35,472 bases of DNA from Atractiella rhizophila (lineage: Eukaryota), in assembly GCA_021432655.1 (NCBI GenBank), contig MU271651.1, positions 1-35,472 on the forward strand, written 5' to 3'. Both the position numbers and the translations under genes were made by a program. Below the pieces are notes generated by a model, which saw only the letters and a list, made by a program, of their open reading frames with translations, was not told the DNA's origin and did not search any database. This document shows, one piece after another, positions 10,188-21,364 of this stretch. Numbering within the stretch: position 1 is the stretch's first letter; each line of letters opens with the position of its first letter.

Positions 10188-12507
10188 TCAAATAAACCGC
10201 GCCGTCGGAAACCACCGTACGTCGACACTTCTGACGCCTCCACGCTGGACGCCTTCCCATCCTCCTTTCCAAAGCAACACCAGCAGTCGTCCCACGTTGC
10301 TGCTTCCCGTGAAGACCACTCCGTCCGTCTTCTCTGCTAAAAAGGTAACGTCTCGTACAAACTTGAGGCCGAGATTTATGCGTTCCGACTCCGGAAGGCT
10401 GTTGAATGATGTTTCTGAGAAACCGTTGAGAGCGGCTGTTTGCTCCGAAGAGGGCTGGGTGGCATCTGTTTCCCGAGCAGGAGTCGGAGCAGGCTCCGGA
10501 GTGCGATTATTGATGATACGGAGGGGCTTCCCTCTCTTGACCTTGTTCGAAGTTGCTCTCCTCTTCTTCTCATCCCAAACCTCCTCTTCCTCCTCCTCCT
10601 CTCCCTCCTTCTCCCCCTTCGGCTCCTCATCAGCCTCATCCTTCTCAGTCCCCACGACCTTCCATCCATTCTCGTCCCCCCATTCCTCCAACACATCGAC
10701 CGCCGAAACGTCATCGCTCATGATGACCAGCGTCTTCTTCTCCGTCCTCTCCATCTTCGGACTCGTGCTCACCACCGCTTCTGAGCTCTTCACGTACACC
10801 CGCGTCCGGATGTCGTTCGCGTCCAGATGGTCGAGAGAGTCGAGCGTGTATGCGTGCGGATTGTGGCTTTCGTTGTTCGACAGGAGCGGGTTCAAGTTCG
10901 AAGGTCCCATGTGGTTCGCTTCTCGAAACTTGTCTCCCAACCTACATACATACATCAATCCCTTCTTCTATCTTCTAGTCGCCGTAGGTGAAGGATGAGG
11001 AGGAAGAAGATACGGACCTAACATGTACGCCGACCAAATTCGTCTCTTCCTCCTCCTTCCCATCAAACACCCTCCCTTCGACCTCATTGACCAACTTCAA
11101 CACTTCTCCATTCACTCTCCAATATTTCCTCGCCACCCTCGACATCTCCTTAAAGACGTCTTCAAACGCTTCCGGAATCGTCTCCCTCCACGTCAATCCC
11201 TCCAAAAGTCCTCCCGATTCAATGGCCGATGCTTGTAATGTATCGTTTTGATGTAATGCTTCTAATTTGACAGGATCGACATATAACCTACATGACACGT
11301 TCAGTCAGTACATCAATTGAAGGCGACTTCGAAAGGAAAGCAAGAAGAGAAAGTACATACGAAGCGATGAGAGCATCGATATACTCCACTCCGCCCGTCC
11401 TGTCCCAAATCACATGATCCCTCTCCTTCCACCAATCGTCCAACGGGTTCTCCGGGTCCCTCGCTCCAATCTTCTTCCTCATCAACCTCGAATCCCAACC
11501 ATGATGAGGCCTACACCCCAGGAAAGCGGGGTCGTTAACGTCTAGGAAGTAGGATTCGAAGGGGCCGTAGTTCCACGGTTTGAGGGACGAGATCAGGACG
11601 GTGTAGTTGTATCGAGGGTGGGAGGCGAGGAGGAGGAGTCGGACTAGGAGGAGGTATTCGGACGCGAATCCGTGCACGCCTGGTACATAGTGAGGGGTAA
11701 GGAATGTTAGTACCAAGTGCGCGGATGTATTGACATGGGGGGTGTCTGGGAAGTCTGATAAGGGGAATCGGGGATCGAAAATAGCAAAATAGCACGGCGT
11801 TTCATCAAAGTGTATGAGGAGGGTAACAATGGCTTTTCTTCAGCCTGAGTTTCAGGTGAAAATGGAGATAGAATCGGTGTAGTTATGTTCGAAGAAGCTC
11901 CCCTCCATCCACAAGCCTCGACCAAGGCTCTTAGGTCTTGGCTTCTCTGTAACTTCCATCTCGATCTAGCAACCAAGCAAAGAGGAAAAGTTTCCATGAA
12001 TTATTGCGATTGTGAGCAATGTAGACTCATGGCCATGTCTTTCTTGGTCCTCCATTCGTAGGTTAGGAGGAAGAATGTATCAAGACATCTTCTCTATCTC
12101 ACCAACGAGTCTTGTGACGCGTGGCAAATGTTTCTTTGAGCAGAGCATAGAGCAAACACCAACCAAATCAAACGCGAACGAATGAAAGTGAGAAACTCAC
12201 TAGTGAAAACAAACAACAGCGTCCTCTTACACTCCGGCACCCTCCCCACTCCCGGTTTCCAAGTGATAAGGTGGTCGTATTCCTTCTCGATCCAGTCCCA
12301 ATATCCCTTCCCGTGCACCTCCGCACCTACATGCTCATCGGGGGCGTCTGAATCGGCACCCGGACGTCGAGAATGGGGAGGCTGAGATGCTGGCCACTTG
12401 GGTGGCTCGCCCGAAGAAAGGGAGGAGAGGGAGGAGGATGAGGAGAAGGCCCAGAGGAGGATGAGGGATATGGGGAAGAGGAGGAGGAGAGAAGAACGTC
12501 GGCCCAT
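10188..12507 (-). CDS. Type II membrane GDP-fucose fucosyltransferase-like glycosyltransferase (GT23/FUT8-NodZ-like)
   Basis: N-terminal signal anchor MGRRSSLLLLFPISLILLWAFS. Introns at 12200-11680, 11360-11288 and 11017-10942. Motifs HGFASE, VGVHVRLGDK, LVIMSDD and DVTFLAEKTDGVVFTGSSNVGRL parallel FUT8 motifs I-III (HVRRTDK, LATDD, D..FLS..D..VCTFSS.V.R). Confidence 0.75.
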
Positions 12508-13985
12508 GTTTGAATCGTGGAATTCGTCGTTTGGCGGTCAGAAAGCAAAACTCGGGAGAAAGACGAATATATGTAATGTATATGTGGCCACCTGCAGGTG
12601 AAGGTGGACCTGATGGAGATATATGTTTTATGAGAAGCAGAAGCAAAGGAGTGTGGGATATAAACAAGGCTGGCGGGTGCAGAAGTAGTGGACGTTAGGG
12701 GTACATGCTCCTTTGCGCAAGAAGCAAAGATAATGAGCCAGCGGAAGCAATTGAGCGGAGTGTCTCAGCTTCGGTGATCGTCTCGCGATGAAAACGACGA
12801 ACAACACGGTTTACGTGTGTGAACAACGACAGAGAATAAATGGATGCGAGAGAAGGTGGGAGTTCACTGTATTTATAACCAGACATTTATAACCAGACGG
12901 GACCTCGGTGAGACGTGAACTGAGGGAAGAGGAAGGTACGCTGATCATTTCAAGTTAGCCATGCAACTTGAATCCCCGTTGATCACCAAGGGACAACAAG
13001 GACATGTCTATCTTTGCCTTGCCTCAAATCGTTTCGAGATTGACTATCCTTCGCCATGACTACTTTATATTACTTTATCCTCATCCCGTGGCCGTTTGCT
13101 ATCACTAGCAGCCCGTGAAGTTTTTAGACAAGGCTGTCAATGAATGTAAACCTGAACCTCTGTAGTGGAATATCGGGGGTACATTCTTCAGGCTCAACTG
13201 TCCGTCTCGTCAATCCCGGAGTCCACCAATGTGGATTTTAGTTTTAGGTGAGGAAGTTCAGAGATCGAGCTTCTGTGGCTGAATTATCAACAAAGCACTC
13301 TTCTTCCTGTCGTCTCACTAGACATGAAACTGAAAGTAGCCGAAATGCCCTATCAATTGCTGGAAGTGTACGGTTTTCTGGGGGAGACACAGAATCTTAT
13401 GGCCATTTGAGGGCGAGCTTTGGAGAAAACGAAGCTCAGCATCATTGGGTGAGGAACCACCGTCGCGTATGAATGTGCATGTGTTATTTTCTCCAGTTCA
13501 AAGTGGGCCAATAACGCTAGTGTTGGTGCGACGATGTTCCTTTTGGTAGCAAGAATGTGTGATAGTGTTCCCGATGTTTTGCTAATCTATCTACCACACG
13601 GCTTTCTTCATGCTATTCACATATTAAACTGTTACCAAATTTCATTCTTGAAATTTGTGTGCTGACGCTCAAGTCCAGGCGCGAGGTGGTTCGCATACAC
13701 ACTGGAAAGAAGGATATCCCTCTTCCAGCAATGTGTCTGCTGGCAAAAATTCTTCACCGTTTGTAACGCGCCACGCTCGTTGTAATATGGTACAAGATAT
13801 GTTAACGTATATGTATATACAGATTCGCCACAATCAAATGGCTCAGTGCGGCGGTTTGTGTCCCATAGTCAACAGCATCAGAGCTGCTCTTGTCATATTC
13901 ATCTCTTCTATTGCTTTCCTGCCTATCAATTGATGCGATATTTCAACCTGTCCCATATGAGGAGATTTGCGAGATGCATTTGAAA

Positions 13986-15012
13986 CTAGAGAAGCATTCG
14001 TTTTCGAGTTTGTAGACTGATTGACCACGGTGGGAGATAGAGGCCCCTGCGTCTCAGAACATGCTTGAGTCGTTGATGCGGCTGCCTCCTGCTTGTGGAG
14101 TTTTGGAAGCTGTCTTTCCGTGTCCAGAGGGCGAAGAAACAGCCTGTGTTGAGGAGACGGCAAAAAGTGACACGTTCTTCGTGACGATTTCGCAGAAGAG
14201 TTGGGGCGTAATATTTGATACCTTCATCGCGGACAAAACTTGTGACAGCCCAAGTTAGTTCTTCGACATTCTGTGCATGGGGGGCGAGCCAGGCAGAGTC
14301 TTCCGCTTCGGTGAGTGATTTTGTTCCTCCAGCGACGTTCCAGCCTGTCAATTTCCGCCACAACAGGAAAACACCCGCGGGACAATCTCCACCTCCACCT
14401 TCCCGACGGCCAGCTCGAGTGCAGTGGTAAAACAGAACGGGAGGCACGGAGACTTGGGACAATCCTGGGTAGTAACAGCTTTGGGACGTGAAGCCTTCTT
14501 GCAGGAAACACGACTGTAAGTAATAGTCGACTTTGTAGATGTCTGGAAATCGGGCACCGAGTTCAGGAAAGAGAAGGGCGGGAGCAGACATCCACTCTTC
14601 GACAGTGGATACCCTGACTCCGTGTGGAAACAACCGCACCCACGTCGGCACTGAAAGCTCTGGATCCTTCACTTTTCTCGCTCTTCGTGGAAGCGGTCTC
14701 GTCTGCCGCGTGACGGCCCTCGTTGGAGGTGGATCCTCTCTTCTGAGAACTGAGTGAGACAAGTTCGTTTTCCAGGTACGTGCTAGAATTTACCATTCAA
14801 TCAGTAGTCCTTTATGAATGAGAACACCTCTCACCTCGAGCTCCTTTCGTCGATAGCCTATTGATCCCGGCTGGCTTTTCAATCGCGCTTTCGTTCCCTC
14901 CAACAGTCACGACTCGCTCTTCCGAAGCCGCTTTGTTCTCCGTTGCCGCTTTGAAACATTGTTCTATGAAGCAACGGACCGTGTTCCCGCCAATTGAGGC
15001 GTTGGGGCTCAT
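13986..15012 (-). CDS. Hypothetical protein
   Basis: ORF 14812-15012 joins ORF 13986-14762 in frame across a canonical intron at 14834-14783 (GTGAGA...CTGAT...TTCTAG). No family confidently recognised. Confidence 0.45.
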
Positions 15013-15502
15013 CTTGCTTTACCTCCTGATGATTCCCATCACAAACCTAGCGTAGATTTATCACAACAGAGCTCAGAGAAAAGGACAAAGACGCGATACA
15101 AGAAATAAATCGCGATTCTCCTTCATGGTGCTGACAAGACACAACACTGCTTCCACAATCGCATTTCGCATCCTCCAGCTGAAGACAGTTGACATTTCGC
15201 TCCACTAGAGACATGGCGAGGACTTAAACGGCAAGATGGCGAATTCCCGGAAGAATTTGAGTGAATCCTTTGTTGGTCCATTACAGTATTAGCGGAATGA
15301 AAGGACGTCAGGTGCGCCAGACTCTATCCCTATCTATCCTCTTACAAGCATCTAGGTGAAACGGTGATTCTCTCCGTATCCGAACGACAATTTCGACCTT
15401 TCCTCCGCGTTGCAAAGTGAACTACATCTCAGCTCTCTACCGTAAAGGCGCCGTGCGCCGATATCCGTCATTTTTTGTGCGGGGGTCTTTCTGGGAATCC
15501 CG

Positions 15503-16603
15503 ATGATGGGGGGAAAGTCAATATTGTGCCAGAATGAGGAGCGGCAGAAAACGCAAGTGGAAGGCAGGACAGAATCTATGGGAAGCTCGCGGAGGTTCCT
15601 ACTATGGGGCTGTCAAACTATTCTGTCATGGGACAGGTATTCAATGGGCTGTCAAAAGCTAAACATATGGCAGCTCCAGCCAGCATCTCTTAAGCAAGAC
15701 TTGGTACGTATCCCATGGAGCCTCTCTCGTATCTGCACGTCACTCATCATGCAGCATAGAACGTCTTCTTCTGACCTTTCGTTTGGTGATTTGCGACGTA
15801 AGCGTCCTCTCCCCTTACCGCCATCTACAAATGAAGCAATCACCTCTTCCGTCAACTTCGAAACTACCCCCGCTCCGTTTCTTTATCCTTCAATATCGAT
15901 CACTTGTATTCCTCAGGCGTCGATAAGCGGGAATCCGACTTACTCCTCGCCTCCTGAGAGTCCTTCTAGCTCGACTGTATTTGTTCAAGTGGGCCCTCGT
16001 CTCTCCTTTAGAGTAGTGCTTAGTTGCCACCTGCAGAAACAGAGGGCTAGACGAAAGAGACCCAGTTTTCCTGTAGACGGGACGACATTTTGTCCGCCAA
16101 TCCTGTCATCAAAACGTTCTTTGCCACATCTGTACTCAGAAGCCGTTGAGATATCGTCTGTCCCGATTTCAGGCCAATGGACAGGCCACAACCACGTTCC
16201 GTTCCTGGAGAGGCAATCTCCAACGCTCCTAGATTTTGGAACTACCTCGGCAGGTAAAGAATCCGCTCCAACAATGGCGAAACAACCTTTAAGGCTGGAT
16301 GTGACTGAGCCTTCTCGGAACCAGTACGGCAGTCCTCCCGAAACAACTAACTCTCGTCATGCACACCGCTTTGTTCGGGAGTCAGCCAAATATGCAAGCT
16401 ACGTTGAAGAGTGGCGATGGGACATGTATCGAGAGCATTGCGAACGAGAAGATTGTGACTTGTCGGAAGATGTTGAAGACAGAAACGGGAACATGGAACA
16501 GATGCTCCACAGGATTCTTTCCATCTCTTCAGATGAATCGTACTCTCATTGCGCTTGCATTTCTCATTCGGGAACTGTTTCAAAAATGATAAATTTGACT
16601 TAG
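15503..16603 (+). CDS. Hypothetical Ser/Pro-rich protein; true start possibly further downstream (MQHRTSSS)
   Basis: Uninterrupted 366-codon ORF, divergent from the previous gene, with no recognisable domain. Confidence 0.4.
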   Translation: MMGGKSILCQNEERQKTQVEGRTESMGSSRRFLLWGCQTILSWDRYSMGCQKLNIWQLQPASLKQDLVRIPWSLSRICTSLIMQHRTSSSDLSFGDLRRKRPLPLPPSTNEAITSSVNFETTPAPFLYPSISITCIPQASISGNPTYSSPPESPSSSTVFVQVGPRLSFRVVLSCHLQKQRARRKRPSFPVDGTTFCPPILSSKRSLPHLYSEAVEISSVPISGQWTGHNHVPFLERQSPTLLDFGTTSAGKESAPTMAKQPLRLDVTEPSRNQYGSPPETTNSRHAHRFVRESAKYASYVEEWRWDMYREHCEREDCDLSEDVEDRNGNMEQMLHRILSISSDESYSHCACISHSGTVSKMINLT

Positions 16604-16776
16604 TCGGAAATGGTGGAACTATTCGATGATAAACCACACCCGGCTTCCCTTAGTTCTGCACAAAATACTGGGTTGCTGTATTGTTTTCTGATTTTCAGGA
16701 ATCACATCAGTTAAGCCGCTCACTGCACATTCATCTTATAATTCAGTAAAAGGACGTCAATAAATCCATGAGCGAT

Positions 16777-17681
16777 TTAGGTCAAGGTGAAAAGTATGAA
16801 CCAAGGTCTCGTTCCCACCTTTGTTCTATCTTTTGGAAACTTGTCCTCCTCCCATTCGTCCCCTGGGCGAAGTTCGACGAGATTCCTTCGGGGACATCAG
16901 CTGTGAGTTAGCTTCCGCCAAACCCAAATGCTTACTTGATTCTAAGTCCTCCTTCAATGATTTCACGTACTTGCTCAGTCAAAGATCTCCTATAGAATCG
17001 CACATCTCCGACCCACCACCTATCAACCACCAATTGTGGTTGTTGCGGTTCAGTATGGTAAGAAATAGGCGGGACGAAGCTATCTGACAACAGGAAGGTC
17101 ATAGCTGAAGGGAACGACTCTTTTGCAGCCGGGTTCTGATCAAGGTATCTTTCAGTAGCGAGGCACCAGTCTAAGGTTGGATGATGCGTGGTGAAGATGA
17201 AGTAACCGTCAGTCGCCAGCAGGGCTTTGATTTGCTTGAATAGCGGGACCCAGTCTTTTATGTAATGGATGGTAAGGCTGGAGACGACGAGATCGAATTC
17301 TCCTCGCAAGAAGGACAGACAATCCGGCTTCGCAAGGTCCACGCAGAAGAAGCTGCATTTTTCTTCCTCCACCTGTATCTTTGCCTCATCCAGCAAAAAT
17401 TTACTTGCATCGATTCCTACAGCCTCTTTGACTGGGAGCTTCGCGAAGATTTCCTTCAGAAGCGCTCCACTTCCACAACCCAGATCCAACACTCTAAGTG
17501 GCTTCTTGTCGATAGAGACAGACAGGACGGCAGACATCATACCAGGTCGCTCGTAAAAGCTGCAGGGCATCACCTTGGGCAGTCGGGCATGAATAACGTA
17601 CTGATTGTAGGGAGATACAGTGTTTTGTTTGGCATAGGCTTCACCAAAGTTGTCATATTGAGCCGCTGGTACCTCAGACAT
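16777..17681 (-). CDS. Class I SAM-dependent methyltransferase
   Basis: Motif I RVLDLGCGSG, GIDAS, FDLVVSSLTIHY, DGYFIFTTHHP and VRFYRRSL. Introns at 17601-17560 and 16935-16886. The final exon reads NLVELRP...PWFILFTLT* with TAA at 16779-16777. Confidence 0.9.
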
Positions 17682-18925
17682 TTCGCTTCACCTGCCATAT
17701 GGCATCAGTGCTGCCACGGTTGCAGTGACTGACAAAGGGAATTCTCAGTGGACATATCGCTAAAAACAGCCGATGAAAATAGCTTTTAAATCTCCTAACA
17801 TTTGCAAGAAAGAGAGCATGATAGTAGCGCTAATCAAGATGGGCAGCATTCGGTTAGTGCCCATACGTAATCCCACCGTCCATTTCCATCCACCTTCTAC
17901 ATGTTGACAACTAGGGTCTAACAGCTTCAACTCGGTGCTAGGCATAATTTTCAAAATAATGTGTCATAAGTACGAAAATAGGGAGAGGGACCGAGGCCTC
18001 ATGCATAGTCCTACAATATCATGCCCAACGTGCTTGAAAGAAAGGGACAGACCTCGCGTAATCTGCTAGCTCTTTAATACTCAAAGGCACAAGATATAGC
18101 CTTGTCTAGACTCCAGATTGGATGTCGGTCTCTTCAGCCTTAAAGCTTCATGGATTATGTGGGTCCTGACTCGCATCCTGACTCGGATGGCAAAGTACTG
18201 AACCAGGATTGTGGAGTGCTTCTCATGTCTTGACATTCTCCCCTTTCCTGGTTCCGTCATTTCATCTATCCTGTGACTTTATGTTATGCCTTTTCCCACT
18301 TGATAACATTCCTCTTTGGCAAAGTTCTTTGCAAATTGATGGTCCCGTCGAACAAACGCTTTGAACGGGCAGTTCCTCCGACTCCCTGCGCTCCAACATT
18401 AATCAGGAGAACTGAACATGTCATTTGAACAAATGAGCCCGCGGAGGTAATTCCTACAGAATGCTGAAATTGTTACAGCTGCTCGCATACTGAACGACAC
18501 TCCCCTCCCAAGTAGTAGCTCAGCAGGGCTTCAGGACCGTGCACTCAAACTGGTGACAACTAAGACAATCCAGACCACATTCAACACCATGCCCACTGCC
18601 CAAGTAACTAAACGAATAACATTAGCGACGCATAGTTCTTTTCAAGCAGGATACAGCTACAATCAATGGAAAGCGGTTCTTCAATCAAAGTTACAGGCCA
18701 TATATCTATGTTAAAACCACACGAGAGAGATAAAATTATCCAAAAACTTAAGGCAAGGTAGAACAACAGCTCATCCATATCGAGCGAAGGACAGTCACAA
18801 AAAGGGCACACTCAACAGATATAAACGCTAGTAACCCGTCCAAGAAACACCCATGAGTTATAGAACTTAGATGCAGCGCGACTTAGCCGAAAACAGGAAG
18901 AAATGCATGAGCATTCGCCTATCCT

Positions 18926-20444
18926 TCAGTTCCCAACTTCGTCGACATTGCCCTCCTCCAATGCCGGCATAGGATTAATCCTAGGTGCTAAACGCACTCT
19001 GGCCTTCTTCGTTGGATGGAATTGGGCATAAGAAGCCCATACGTTGCACTGAACCAGCAAGGTGACCATGGTGTTTAGGGACACAAACTGACAGCTCACG
19101 TGGAAGGCCTGGAAACAGGATTCTTCGCAATCAATAAAGAATGCAGAGGAGTACGGAGTGCTCACCCATCGAGCTTGGCAGCATGCGGCGACAGCAGGAA
19201 TGACGAACGCATCCAATTTCTCAGGATCCGCGTCGATACCCAATTCCTGTATGCCTCGAAGGACAAAGTAGGCGACGATTTGGCTCTGCGGTAATCCATG
19301 TGTTAACTGTCGGAAGTACTTCCCATCAAGTCTAGAACTGGAACGATCGTTAATGGCGGGCCAGAATCATTGAATATTTGGAGGGACACTTGCGGATCCA
19401 TCAAGATCTGGCGACAGCTCTGCGCGACCGGAAGGCTCATGCAGTACTTGCGCAACTCCTCACCAATTGCTCGCTCGTAAGAATCTTTAAAAATTTTTCT
19501 GGTTTTCAGCATTGGCCCTAAAGGTTTGAGGGCCGCTTGATTGATAGCAACTCTGTCAGATGGCGGAAGTAAGTCTAAGGTCCTTGAGCCTTTCAAGGTA
19601 CGAAGTTGGACGATGGAAGTAGGAAGATATTCCCAGCACGGCGGTTTGGTCTTACTTGACGTATCAAACGTATCTAATATAGAATGTTAGTGGCGCGAGC
19701 AATTGGTGTTTTTAGCACTGACGGTCCATGGGAAAATCTGCCTACGAACATTCAGCCAGGCAGAGCTATAGAACAGTCTACCTACATTCCATGCCTGACC
19801 TTATCTCAGGGAAGTAGCCACAATTAACACAATAGATAAACGCACATCACGAAAGGAGCCTATACCAAGCAGAGCTTGAGCAGCATACCCACCAAGTTCA
19901 TCCACTTTGGCACGGCAACCAAGGGCTAGATTTGCCAGCCGCACGGCAATCCCGACGTCATGAGCATCAAAATTGATGTCCCTGCTTAACTGTTGAGAAA
20001 ATTTCATTCTGGGATCAGAGGCATACCATCCTTCGGTAATCCGACGCGAGACTCCAGCCTCAGGGAAGTGAGTACACATGTCGTCGATTACGAATTTGAG
20101 TGACTTTCGAAGAAATTCTAGTTTTCCATCTCGAGATCCCATACCGAAAACGGACTCTTGATAGGCTTGCTTTGAATCCTCGAGCCATAATGTGACGAGT
20201 TCATCCAGACTACCTTCTGCTTCTAATCGGTTGTATATCATACAGAATGATGGGCTAACCCGCGATTCAGTTTGAGGTTAGTTTGTGGAGATAGCGTACT
20301 CGTTCTTGACATCCTCCTTTGCTTCGTCAAGCATGGAAAGCATTTGTGGCCTAGCAGCAGGTTAATCTAGTCTGTTGCACAGGAAGGTTTAACCAACCCT
20401 TGCAGATCATCTGCGTTGGCGCTTCTGGTTGTGGCACGGTCCAT
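18926..20444 (-). CDS. Hypothetical multi-exon protein
   Basis: ATG at 20444 (MDRATTRSANADDLQG). Successive minus-strand ORF segments (19801-20241, 19303-19596, 18926-19243) are separated by GT..AG intervals with CTAAC-like branch sites. Downstream junctions were not fully resolved. Confidence 0.55.
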
Positions 20445-21364
20445 TTACGAGATGGTAAATAAATAAGCAAGAACGAAGTTGACTCGTTGCAAAAACCTAG
20501 GACAGGATATTTGGTTCAATAGACTACAAAGCTTATTAAATATTCAAAGTACCATCCAAGTTCAAAACGTTATAGATGTCTGAGACAAATAGGTTTGATC
20601 TCTCGACTAGACAAAATGTGCCCACACATATCTGAGCGGGAGGCATGTGCCCATGGATGCTATTTCTCAGCGGCAGAGAAGTTGGGTTTCAGTTACCCGA
20701 ACGCTCCTACTAATCTGGACGGGAAGGATTGGGTTGGGTGCTAGCTACATAAATCATTGCTGCTACATGGTAGTTATTTAGAACTAAGTTAGACTGGAAG
20801 GGGAAAGGAAGATTTCCTCGCTCTTCCGTAAGTGAAACCATTGAAAAACATGAGTCGTACTGACCTCCTCCAGGATGGGAAAAGCGAAGAAGAAAAGTCT
20901 AGCGCAGATAGCGACAAGTCAACCCTCCAAACCTCTTAGCCGATTCGATTTTCGTGAGTATCAGGCGTGAGCTTGGATATACAACGACTTGTGATAGCAT
21001 AATTTGTTTAATACAGAATTAGAATTCCAGATAGCAGGGAAAGACCCGAGCTTGCGAATACTGGGAGTTGGTGGATACAATGAGCAAGGGAAAACCAAAT
21101 GAACAAATTTGTTTCGAGCTTTATCTTCTAGGATTTATCCCCTTTTATCACACTCCCCGGAACCGTCCCCAAGTCTGAGATGACCTAAGAAGATGGGGCT
21201 AGTCTGCCAAAGTAAGGCGGAACAACAGCATTCCGAGTACTTTGTACTTTGGCGGCTTACATGCTCATGTAACTTCGTATGGGTACACATACACATTTAA
21301 ATTTCATGATTTATGTGATTCGTTGACGCGGAAATTCGTTGAAACACTTCTTGAAGAGGAAGAT

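Noticed and set aside
12871..12898. 14-bp tandem duplication ATTTATAACCAGAC x2 (similar 12-bp one near 18165-18188)
   Set aside because: Two-copy slippage-type duplications with no spacers; not CRISPR-like and no evidence of function.
16901..16935. Alternative proximal CAG acceptor in the last methyltransferase intron
   Set aside because: It would give a 35-nt intron and an immediate stop, whereas the distal AAG restores a family-like C-terminus.
7543..17681. Protease, glycosyltransferase and methyltransferase read as a biosynthetic gene cluster
   Set aside because: There is no backbone enzyme, precursor peptide, transporter or regulator, and the genes are interspersed with unrelated ones.
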